Source of the DNA: an uncultured Alphaproteobacteria bacterium
Lineage (GTDB): Bacteria > Pseudomonadota > Alphaproteobacteria > Rs-D84
Length of the DNA stretch: 64,000 nt
Assembly: GCA_944389345.1 (NCBI GenBank)
Contig: CALXMA010000003.1
Span: forward strand, 24,294-88,293
Direction of reading: 5' to 3'
Of the stretch, positions 9,201 through 17,811 are shown in pieces. Below the pieces are notes generated by a model. It was not told the DNA's origin. It did no database searches and saw nothing but the letters and a program-made list of their open reading frames with translations. A program made the position numbers and the translations under genes. Within the stretch, counting starts at the first letter, position 1. Every line of letters begins with the position of its first letter.

Positions 9201-12018
9201 AACCGTGTCACGCGACCACATCGTGTCCCAAAACAAAATAGACATCCCCACAACTGGCACAGACATAAAACTGGATACGACAACCGGTGGCACATATTTT
9301 GCACAAATTGTCGATGCATCAGATCGTATCTTGGCCAACATAGAATATTTTGTTGCCGGCACAGAAAACACGTCTTTGGAAACAGACACAACGGCCGAAT
9401 TACAAATAAAACTAAATCGCAATCAATACGCACCCGGCGATGATATCAGTGTCAGCATTACCGCCCCATACACAGGTACGGGCCTGATAACAATTGAACG
9501 GGATAAAGTATACGCATACAAATGGTTCCGCACGAATTCGACTTCGTCGATTCAACACATTACCCTGCCCGATGGTTTTACAGGCACGGGATACGTAAAC
9601 GTGTCATTTGTCCGCGATATAAACAGTCGCGACGTATTCACAACACCATACGCATACGCGGTGGCACCGTTTTCTGCGGACACATCGGCCCAAGAAATAA
9701 ATATATCGTTGGACGTGCCCGAAAAAATCACGAATAATCAACTGGCTGTAAAATACACGACATCGGCCGATTCAGACATTATGATATTTGCGGTAAATCG
9801 CGGAATATTACAGGTTGCAAAATATCAAATACCGAACCCGATTGCGCATTTCTTTGAAAAATCTGCATTACAGGTCAGCACATATCAAATATTGTCATTA
9901 TTATTACCAGAATATAAAATCTTGCGCGAGTATGCCAAAACCGGCGGTGGCGATTACGGTACCACGGATGGCGCCGGCGCAATCGCACAAAATCCATTTG
10001 CGCGCAACAACCTGCCACCGGTCGCATTTTATTCTAAAATAATTCACACACGCGCAAACGTGCCCGGCACAGTAAACTTTGAAATTCCGGACTATTTCAA
10101 TGGCGAACTGGCCGTGTTTGCCGTGGCGACGAACGCAACCGCGGTTGGTTCTGGGGACACAAAAACATTGGTGCAATCGCCGGTTATAATATCCACATCT
10201 GCACCATTGGCGGTGGCACCGGGCGACACATTCAAAATAAATTCTGTCATCACCAATATGATACAGAATTCTGGCCCAAACACACCCGCCACGGGCACAA
10301 TATCTGCGACGTCGGGTCTGGAAATAACCGGGAACACAACACAAACCGGAACAATATCGGAAAATTCAGACCGGCTATTCACATTCGATGCCCGCGCCAC
10401 GGATAAACTTGGCAATGCAGACATAACCGTACAGGCAACTTTGTCGCCAACGAACGCAGACAATATGTCCCGCACATCTACCACAGGATTATCTGTACGG
10501 CCCGCGACAACATACACAACAAAAATCACAACGGGCATAATGGATTCCGACACAACAACGGTGTCCAAATTCCATACAGATATGTACCCAGAACAAATGA
10601 CGAATCACCTGTATGTATCGCGCGGTGCACTGGGGATGATTATGCCATTGTTTGAATACTTGCGTAATTACGAATACCCATGCACAGAACAACTGGTATC
10701 ACGTGCGATGCCGTACGCAATTATCCCGACAAACGATTTTCTGGGGATAGACCATGATGCATCAAACAAGAAAATATCAGAAACAATCAACGCGTTAAAA
10801 AATCGCCAAAATTATGACGGTTCATTTGCGCTGTGGCCCGGGGACATATCTGCGCGCGACACCGCATCAGATGCAAACACGGCATACTTGACCGCATATA
10901 CAGTACACTTTTTAACTATTGCACGCGACATGGGATTTGCCGTACCGAACGAAATGTTATCACGCGGAATTGATTACCTGCGTACATACGCGGGTCAAAC
11001 AATAACAGACGACGCATCGGCACGCGCAACCGCATACGCAATTTATACAGTATCTATTAATGATTACGTCACAACGAATTACATAGATACATTTACCCAA
11101 TATGCGAATGAAAATATCCCCGAATGGGAATCTGGGTTGATGGGCGCATATATCGCATCATCATACAAGATATTAAAACAAGACGACATCGCATACGATT
11201 TAATAGAAAAATACGCTATGTCTGATCGCCCACAATTTGAATATTTCAACATGTATGATAATAATGTTGCGAATGACGCGATGTATTATTATCTGATGGC
11301 GCGCCATTTCACCCCCAAAAACATCACAGAATCCAATGCGATATGGAACTATGTATCATCTGGAAACTATGACGCGTACACATCGGCAATTGTGATTATG
11401 GGATTAACCACGGCCCCAGACACAGATTCAATTTCTGAAATCGGCATTACCACAAATTCTGACACTGCAACAATAACCACAGAATCAGAATCTGGCATAA
11501 TCGCAACAATTCCATCAGACGCCACAGAACTGGAATTAAAATGTCCGTCATGTTCAACCGATTCGCCGTTATTCTATACGATATACCAGGCGGGATACCC
11601 GACACATACGTCGCCCACATCTGATGGCCTGGAAATATCCAGAAAATATTACGATGCAAACGGGAACCAGATTACATCTGCAACGGTTGGCGATACAATT
11701 ACTGTAAAAATATCTGCCCGAACACGTGGCGACACGAAACACGCGGACAACGTTGTAATTGTCGATTTATTACCGGGCGGATTTACCCCAACCCCGGATT
11801 CAATAACGGGCGACATGGAATTTTCAGAATCCCGCGAAGACCGTGTTCTGATTTACACAGACCTGGATCGTACAACGCACGAATTCACATACACTGTAAC
11901 CGCTGGTGCGATTGGGAAATTTACGATACCGGCCATAACGGCGGAATCAATGTATAATTCTGCGATTCGTGCAACCGACGACACAGGCACATTTACGGTA
12001 TTAAATGAATCGAACTAA
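6229..12018 (+). CDS. Bacterial alpha-2-macroglobulin (YfhM-like)
   Basis: ~1930 aa; FSDRGIYRPGE motif, thioester motif YEYPCTEQ, C-terminal VDLLPGGF...REDRV...AESMY; overlaps pbpC. Confidence 0.93.
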   Translation: MQRKQSVKRQQSTKSRTTRTGTINQKKSHILRKLIWGLGGLIVCGIIAVSAYFIVRNNANKTELGANISAPAPAEFFDNNTMFFATNGGIPDVNNDRELHNPDAFSITYSVESGEYRPAFDVNIDESDLTQYVKITPFIRGTWKINGDTITFYPESWWPAGTKFTVKTDKKLFNPDTRPNTLRTSFTTPDITATIDNFNMYPAPNDKKSVIGVAVISFNYEIDTSHFDDKVSVKLDGDKLGFTTKFDKFHRTAFIITEPVKITSEPQIIRVKLNRVPAMSGDSRTEKINANLTLESADNIFKIANMETAVADDTDGNAQQLILLNTTTSARSGIDWSKYITAYLLPKYHDDSERANETPHTWARDEITDTVLQESEKLTITPMDFATPNGVFQYAFSFDVSDKTARYIYMDIKPGADSENGFTMKNGLTGVLPVPYPERAVKIAGSGALLSLAGDRQLGIVARGGVDTAYVNLYKIKSSEINHLISQTYNVFAQSMEFKSYAFGVYDMSVVFQKKISFANPSMTRTDYASVDLGDYLDRTYGDNTGIFIVQTGTSENQTEFNDKRLILLTDMGIIRKVNLDGSSAVFVSKLSDGTPAGDIEISVLGRNGNAVWAGRTDANGRANIPELPWSEYRGAREPVAVVARNGNDVSFIPYNAYNQQVEYSKFDIDGIYTTASTPLNAFMFSDRGIYRPGEELTIGAIVKNKTFTALAGIPVKFQMYDSRGRVAMEKTFSLKPNGMFDLEFDIPNDAPLGSWTAYLYSLTSTNNLDDMLGMTTFNVQEFTPDTMKITANINGALDDGWIPSDNITANVSLRNLFGTPASDRRISAHATLTPTKFAFPEYPEYEFTPNFISGTGLADNTARRAQTFTADLTDTRTDANGTATLALDFNQHIPNGTYTLTLNIRGFESNAGTGVQTNITTQVSDYKYLIGWHANSDLEYINTNAPRTVNIVALDHTATPTAVPDLTLRIIRRENQTSLVKDYNNFYKYQTVSRDHIVSQNKIDIPTTGTDIKLDTTTGGTYFAQIVDASDRILANIEYFVAGTENTSLETDTTAELQIKLNRNQYAPGDDISVSITAPYTGTGLITIERDKVYAYKWFRTNSTSSIQHITLPDGFTGTGYVNVSFVRDINSRDVFTTPYAYAVAPFSADTSAQEINISLDVPEKITNNQLAVKYTTSADSDIMIFAVNRGILQVAKYQIPNPIAHFFEKSALQVSTYQILSLLLPEYKILREYAKTGGGDYGTTDGAGAIAQNPFARNNLPPVAFYSKIIHTRANVPGTVNFEIPDYFNGELAVFAVATNATAVGSGDTKTLVQSPVIISTSAPLAVAPGDTFKINSVITNMIQNSGPNTPATGTISATSGLEITGNTTQTGTISENSDRLFTFDARATDKLGNADITVQATLSPTNADNMSRTSTTGLSVRPATTYTTKITTGIMDSDTTTVSKFHTDMYPEQMTNHLYVSRGALGMIMPLFEYLRNYEYPCTEQLVSRAMPYAIIPTNDFLGIDHDASNKKISETINALKNRQNYDGSFALWPGDISARDTASDANTAYLTAYTVHFLTIARDMGFAVPNEMLSRGIDYLRTYAGQTITDDASARATAYAIYTVSINDYVTTNYIDTFTQYANENIPEWESGLMGAYIASSYKILKQDDIAYDLIEKYAMSDRPQFEYFNMYDNNVANDAMYYYLMARHFTPKNITESNAIWNYVSSGNYDAYTSAIVIMGLTTAPDTDSISEIGITTNSDTATITTESESGIIATIPSDATELELKCPSCSTDSPLFYTIYQAGYPTHTSPTSDGLEISRKYYDANGNQITSATVGDTITVKISARTRGDTKHADNVVIVDLLPGGFTPTPDSITGDMEFSESREDRVLIYTDLDRTTHEFTYTVTAGAIGKFTIPAITAESMYNSAIRATDDTGTFTVLNESN

Positions 12019-14416
12019 TAACAGATTTGCCAAATTAAAAAATTCTGTGGCGCGACACATCAAACGCCACAGAATTTTATATGGCACAATTGCGTGCATT
12101 GGTCTGGCGTATGTAATTACTAAGATATTTTTTACCCCACCATTATTAAACGACACACATTTCGGTCGCGCATACTTTGACAGAAACGATAAACTATTGC
12201 GCATCACATTAACCGCGGACGATAAATACAGACTGTTTGTTCCCCTGGACGAAATCAACCCCGCCCTGGTGCGCGCAACAATTTTATACGAAGATAAATT
12301 CTTCAAATACCATCCCGGGATAAACCCCGTATCATTAATGGCGGCAACAAAAAATTATTTTACACCCAACGCCCGCCAGATTGGTGCATCAACCATAACG
12401 ATGCAGGTTGCACGTATAAAATACGATATGAACACCACGACAATCTGGGGAAAACTGAAACAAATTGCCGTGGCAATTTATATTGATGCGTTCTATTCCA
12501 AGGACGAAATTATCCAGGCATATTTGAACATGGCCCCGTATGGCGCGAACATAGAAGGCATAGAATCCGCGTCTTTGATTTATTTTAATAAACATGCACG
12601 CGATTTAACCACAATCGAGGCAATAACATTGGCCACGATTCCACAAAACCCTGTAAAGCGCGGTTTGAATACGGCAACTGGGATAAAAAATATTATGAAC
12701 ATGCGCGCTGATTTAGTAGAACGTTGGATATCCGAAAATCCATCCGACACAACATTACGCACATTGGCCCGCATGCCAATCAACGCGCGCACACCGCGTG
12801 ATTTACCATTCTTGGCGCCTCATTTCACAGACTATGAAATATCGCGTCATAATAATTATTGGTCTGACCTGGGGCCACACGAATCGTCTGTTCAAACGAC
12901 ACTGGACACAGATTTACAAAACGCGATGACCCGTACATTATTGAACGAAATTTCACGCCGACACAGTACCGGCGTACAAAACGCGTCCGCAATATTGTTA
13001 AATTATAAAACGATGGAAACATTGGCATACATTGGTTCCGCCGACTATTTTGATAAATCCATATACGGACAAAATGATGGTGTTCGTGCCCGGCGCAGTC
13101 CCGGTTCCACATTAAAGCCACTGATATACGCGACCGCGGTTGACATGGGATTAATTCATTCGATGACATTATTGCGCGACGCAAAAATAAATTTTGGCGT
13201 ATACGCACCTGAAAATTCAGACAGTGAATTTTTTGGTCCGGTTTTGGCACGCGACGCCCTGACCCATTCGCGTAATATACCCGCGATTGATTTATTGCGA
13301 AAAATAGGCACAAAAAACTTCTATAAAATTTTGCACGATTCCGGTGTAACTGGATTAAAATCTCCGGACTATTATGGTATATCCGTCGCCCTGGGTGGGG
13401 CCGAAGTTTCTATGTACGAACTGGCCGATATATATGCGACAATGGCGAACCTGGGACTGCGCCGACCGATTCGCACAGAACGCGACATTGCCCCAGAAAA
13501 CGGCACACAACTGTTAAGCCCCGAAGCATTCTTTATCACCCTGGACATGTTGGCGCACCAAGGCACCCCAACCGACAAAATTCCATTTGCACGCCACCAA
13601 TCCAACACATTGCGCCATTATTGGAAAACCGGCACATCATCATCGTTTCGTGATGCATGGACGGCGGGCATATTCGGCGACTTTGTGTTAATTGTATGGG
13701 TCGGTAATTTTGATGGCACACCAAACAATGCATTCAGTGGCGCCAAAACCGCGGCACCGATATACTTTGCGTTGGCAAATACGGTTGCAAAATACTATGC
13801 GTCACATGGCGCACCATTGCATAACAATAACTTTCTGCGCCCAGATATGAATATATCAACCGTACAAATGTGTGATGGCGTTGGCGGACTGGCCGGGAAA
13901 TATTGTCCTAAAACAACAACGGCATATTTTATTCCTGGGAAATCGCCGATTAACACATCCCAGATATATCGCGCCATCCCCATAGACAACGCCACAGGAT
14001 TACGGGCATGTAATAATAACCCCAAAACAACGCACATGATGGTATACGAATTTTGGGAACCGGAATACTTGGATATGTTCAATCGTGCGGGAATAACGCG
14101 CAACACCCCACCACCATTCATGCCAGGGTGTGATTTGGACGCCATCGCCCAGATGCGCACACGCCCGGTTATAGCATCACCGATACAGGACACAAAATAT
14201 GTCATAACATCGGATTCCGACACACAACCCGTCGTATTTCGTGCATTATCAGATATGCCCGACGTACAGATGTTTTGGTTTCTGGACGACGAAATGTTGG
14301 GCACAACAACATCGGGCGAAACATTAACCAAACACGTTGACATCGGCACCCACACGGTCCGCGTCATTGACGAACTGGGGTCCGGTACGACCCTGGAATT
14401 CAGCGTTGTAAAATAG
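12005..14416 (+). CDS. pbpC: Penicillin-binding protein 1C
   Basis: Transglycosylase motifs EDKFF and GASTITMQVAR; transpeptidase motifs STLK, SRN, KTGT; canonical position after alpha-2-macroglobulin. Confidence 0.93.
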   Translation: MNRTNNRFAKLKNSVARHIKRHRILYGTIACIGLAYVITKIFFTPPLLNDTHFGRAYFDRNDKLLRITLTADDKYRLFVPLDEINPALVRATILYEDKFFKYHPGINPVSLMAATKNYFTPNARQIGASTITMQVARIKYDMNTTTIWGKLKQIAVAIYIDAFYSKDEIIQAYLNMAPYGANIEGIESASLIYFNKHARDLTTIEAITLATIPQNPVKRGLNTATGIKNIMNMRADLVERWISENPSDTTLRTLARMPINARTPRDLPFLAPHFTDYEISRHNNYWSDLGPHESSVQTTLDTDLQNAMTRTLLNEISRRHSTGVQNASAILLNYKTMETLAYIGSADYFDKSIYGQNDGVRARRSPGSTLKPLIYATAVDMGLIHSMTLLRDAKINFGVYAPENSDSEFFGPVLARDALTHSRNIPAIDLLRKIGTKNFYKILHDSGVTGLKSPDYYGISVALGGAEVSMYELADIYATMANLGLRRPIRTERDIAPENGTQLLSPEAFFITLDMLAHQGTPTDKIPFARHQSNTLRHYWKTGTSSSFRDAWTAGIFGDFVLIVWVGNFDGTPNNAFSGAKTAAPIYFALANTVAKYYASHGAPLHNNNFLRPDMNISTVQMCDGVGGLAGKYCPKTTTAYFIPGKSPINTSQIYRAIPIDNATGLRACNNNPKTTHMMVYEFWEPEYLDMFNRAGITRNTPPPFMPGCDLDAIAQMRTRPVIASPIQDTKYVITSDSDTQPVVFRALSDMPDVQMFWFLDDEMLGTTTSGETLTKHVDIGTHTVRVIDELGSGTTLEFSVVK

Positions 14417-14419
14417 ATA

Positions 14420-15295
14420 TTACAACAAGAAATCAGTTATATAATTAAACGAAATACCGAATATTAAATTACTGCCGTAATCTTTGGCACCGCGCGCCTT
14501 GGCCAATCTGTATTGGACGTATGGTCCCATTGTAAAATTCCCCCACAGATTTGTATCCAAACGCACAACCGCGCTTAAATCACGTTCTAAATCGGTACTG
14601 ATATATCTGGAATAAGACAAATATTCACGATAATACCCATCGGTTGATAATTTAACACCTTCGCGGATGTTATAGTCAACACGCCATCCAATTTCCGCAC
14701 CAAACTTGCTGTTCTGACTGCCGGCATAGGTAAAATCATATTCGTGTATTCCGGTCAAATACAGACTTTTTAATATCTCGTGCGCGAACAAAGAAATACC
14801 CGCACTGGAACGCAGAATGTTCTGTCGTGGTGAATCATCACTGTCTGCGAATTGCGTTTCATACGCCGCACGTACCGTGGGTCCAAATTTGAATCCCGAA
14901 AATTCCCAGCATTCATACGACAAATCACTGGAATATTGAATTTTGTCGGCGTTTTCGTCGGTTGTCGCGGGTTCGTTATACGGCTTTAACGTTGTTTTTC
15001 CGTATTCCATAAACAAACTGTTGTCCCATTTGAATTTATTTTTCGTAAATTCCAAAATAGTATCAAACACACCCTTGATATAATCTTGACTGGTGGCATT
15101 CAACGCAGACACGGGCGAATTCAAATATTCACCTGCATTATCAACCTGGGTCTTGGATAAATCCAACCCGACCCGTCGCACATTTAATTGCAACGTTTTC
15201 GTATCATTTGATACCCCAAACAGTGGTGTATCATCACCCGCAAAAGCCCCCGCTGGCACACACGCCAGGAATAAAATCAGCGATATTTTTTTCAC
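14420..15295 (-). CDS. Putative outer-membrane beta-barrel protein
   Basis: Signal peptide and alternating aromatic amphipathic strands. Confidence 0.6.
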   Translation of the reverse strand: MKKISLILFLACVPAGAFAGDDTPLFGVSNDTKTLQLNVRRVGLDLSKTQVDNAGEYLNSPVSALNATSQDYIKGVFDTILEFTKNKFKWDNSLFMEYGKTTLKPYNEPATTDENADKIQYSSDLSYECWEFSGFKFGPTVRAAYETQFADSDDSPRQNILRSSAGISLFAHEILKSLYLTGIHEYDFTYAGSQNSKFGAEIGWRVDYNIREGVKLSTDGYYREYLSYSRYISTDLERDLSAVVRLDTNLWGNFTMGPYVQYRLAKARGAKDYGSNLIFGISFNYITDFLL

Positions 15296-15331
15296 AGTCC
15301 ACCTGCCTAAAAAATCTATAAAAACCAGAAA

Positions 15332-15949
15332 CTATTTCAGTATATGCAGAACGCCATTTTGGTCGGCATATTGCCACCCCGCCTCACGCAACGCGATTGT
15401 AAATTCTGCACGATTTGCGACAGGCACCTCTATGGTAATTTGATTACCATTGATATATTGTGTTGCCAAATTAATTCCTTCGGCACGGGCAATACGTCGC
15501 AATTCCATCCAACCCGCCAATCTGTCAGACATAACGGCCTGGACCACAAATACATCACCGGTTCCGCCATCCGTCAACCAGTTTTGTACATTATTTTCCG
15601 TCAGCCAATTACGTGCCAAATCACGATTAACCGTCATGGTAATATTCGCAGAATACGTCGTATCAGACTGTTGTTCACCATCGACACTGGACGATGTTAT
15701 CAGTTCGGTCAACTGCGCATCAGACGAATTCTTAATCAATTCATCCAACTGTTCCACATTGGCGTATTGCTTCAAAACATCGGTAATAATCTGACGTCGT
15801 GCTTCGTTAAACGCCATATTTTTTGCGGTTGACGCGGTATCACTGGTAATGTTCACCGACGCCACCGACTGTAATTCTGCACCATGCGCCATCATCGGAA
15901 CGACAATGGCGCACAGTCCCATAATCAAAAACTTTCTTACACTAACCAT
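15332..15949 (-). CDS. Hypothetical exported protein
   Basis: Signal peptide ending AHG/A; co-oriented and closely spaced with neighbours. Confidence 0.65.
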   Translation of the reverse strand: MVSVRKFLIMGLCAIVVPMMAHGAELQSVASVNITSDTASTAKNMAFNEARRQIITDVLKQYANVEQLDELIKNSSDAQLTELITSSSVDGEQQSDTTYSANITMTVNRDLARNWLTENNVQNWLTDGGTGDVFVVQAVMSDRLAGWMELRRIARAEGINLATQYINGNQITIEVPVANRAEFTIALREAGWQYADQNGVLHILK

Positions 15950-15961
15950 ACTTGTATCTTA

Positions 15962-17404
15962 TCAGAATTTTGCATTAATTCCGACGCGAACACCCATAGA
16001 CTTATAGAAAGAATCTATTTCGCCATTGGTCGAACATACCCAACCTGGGCAACTTTCTTCCAAATCTTTAATGTTGATGGCGGTCGCACTGCCGTTATCT
16101 GGATCCAGCATAGCGGTTTCATCACCACCAAAATCGTCGTTCAAGATTTGATTATACCAATCGGTGTAATAGTTCCCGTCCAGATACGTTTTCGCGTCTG
16201 CACCACTGACGGTATAGTAATCATACGTTATACCAATCGATAATGCAACATAATCCGACAGCGCCGTTGTCCAGTTAGCCAACAGTCCCAAATGAAATGC
16301 CCCAAACATACCGGCTTCGTCTTCGACACTTTTCGGATGTTGCCAGTCAAAACGATACGGTTGATCACCAACAGATTTATATCCCGGCAACCCCAGTTCG
16401 ATACGACCATTCACAGAATTATTCTGATTTATGTCATACACCATATCCAACGCCAAATACGGCCCCATCCATGTTGTTTCGTACGAATGACTGGTTCCTG
16501 GTTGCTGATAGTAATACGTACTGCCCGTATCAACCCATTCTGCATTATCGGGTATACGCATTGGTTCATTAATATCTTCGCGCCATATAATCTGTTGTTT
16601 GCCATCAGCCAAATGAACAATTATTGCAGGATCGCATTGCACTTCGCCATTGACTTCGAAACATGCGGTTGTATCCACAGACAGCCCATAATTATTTTCG
16701 GTTTCCAATTTATATTTCAAATAACGGAATCCCACAGACGGTGTAAATTTCACACCCCCAATCTGGAACATATCGGTCAGACCAAACCCAAAATTAAATC
16801 CCATCATATTACCGCCCTTGCTGGTACCGACGGACATAGCATGACCAATTTGTTGACCAATTTCGTTTTCGGTTCCGGCCTCGATCCATGTTGTGACCAA
16901 GAACCCACCATTTGAAATATCGTCGTCAACCATTCTGGTTTCGCCCCACTGTATACCATATTTGAATCCGGCATCAACCTGTAACGTTGTCTTGCCCAAA
17001 TCAAACGCGTACCCGGCGGACAAATCAAACACATTCCACGCCAAATTATCATAACTTAAAATACTGCCAGATTCCGCCATTTCGAACTGCCACTGGCCGA
17101 TTTCGTGTGTAATTCCGGCATTCAACCAGAACCCAGATTTACCAGATTGTTGTTGTACACCGGTCGCCTGTTGCGGTTGCGTGGCAACATTTGCCGTATT
17201 GCTGTACGGACTGGTATACCGCGACGTATTATACGACGGTGTTGAATAGCGTGAATATTGACTGGAATACCCAGACTGACGTCCTGCATATGTCTGCGAC
17301 GCATAACTGGATTGTGGCGATTGATATGTACCTGTATAGTACGTACCCGCCGCATTTGCGACGAACGGCACAAACATCAAAACAAGCAAAGAAACTTTCT
17401 TCAT
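15962..17404 (-). CDS. Outer-membrane beta-barrel protein with Y/S/Q-rich N-terminus
   Basis: Signal peptide (ANA), low-complexity N-terminus, beta-strand pattern, C-terminal GVRVGINAKF. Confidence 0.7.
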   Translation of the reverse strand: MKKVSLLVLMFVPFVANAAGTYYTGTYQSPQSSYASQTYAGRQSGYSSQYSRYSTPSYNTSRYTSPYSNTANVATQPQQATGVQQQSGKSGFWLNAGITHEIGQWQFEMAESGSILSYDNLAWNVFDLSAGYAFDLGKTTLQVDAGFKYGIQWGETRMVDDDISNGGFLVTTWIEAGTENEIGQQIGHAMSVGTSKGGNMMGFNFGFGLTDMFQIGGVKFTPSVGFRYLKYKLETENNYGLSVDTTACFEVNGEVQCDPAIIVHLADGKQQIIWREDINEPMRIPDNAEWVDTGSTYYYQQPGTSHSYETTWMGPYLALDMVYDINQNNSVNGRIELGLPGYKSVGDQPYRFDWQHPKSVEDEAGMFGAFHLGLLANWTTALSDYVALSIGITYDYYTVSGADAKTYLDGNYYTDWYNQILNDDFGGDETAMLDPDNGSATAINIKDLEESCPGWVCSTNGEIDSFYKSMGVRVGINAKF

Positions 17405-17505
17405 TTTATTCCCCTACATTACGATTATCACGCATATTATATCATAAAAAGATTGAAAACAAAAACGCTTCTTGATAAATTTGAATACATGCCTGGGCCC
17501 GTGCA

Positions 17506-17660
17506 AACTGCGGACGTGGCGACTACGTAGCGAAGCGAAGTGCCGCCGTGTTGTGGAACTTTGCCACCGATATCAACTGCGGACGTGGCGACTACGTAGC
17601 GAAGCGAAGTGCCGCCGTGTTGTGGAACTTTGCCACCGATATCAACTGCGGACGTGGCGA
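17506..17660 (+). repeat. 69-bp tandem repeat (2 identical copies plus 17 bp) overlapping the tRNA-Leu 5' end
   Basis: Units start at 17506, 17575 and 17644 with aactgcggacgtggcga. Confidence 0.95.
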
Positions 17661-17733
17661 AACGGTAGACGCACAGCACTAAGGATGCTGTGGATTAAAA
17701 TCCGTGGGGGTTCGATTCCCCCCGTCCGCACCA
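17648..17733 (+). tRNA. tRNA-Leu (anticodon AAG)
   Basis: Acceptor stem GCGGACG/CGTCCGC + ACCA; anticodon arm CAGCA-CTAAGGA-TGCTG; long variable arm; T arm GGGGG-TTCGATT-CCCCC. Confidence 0.93.
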
Positions 17734-17811
17734 ATTTCACCACTTAATATATTAACAAAACACTTGCCCCGTTTTTCAAATTTTTGCTAACATCTGATAT
17801 AAGTATACGGA

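Noticed and set aside
17506-17660. CRISPR array
   Set aside because: Whole 69-bp units are identical, so there are no unique spacers; no cas genes; the repeat overlaps a tRNA
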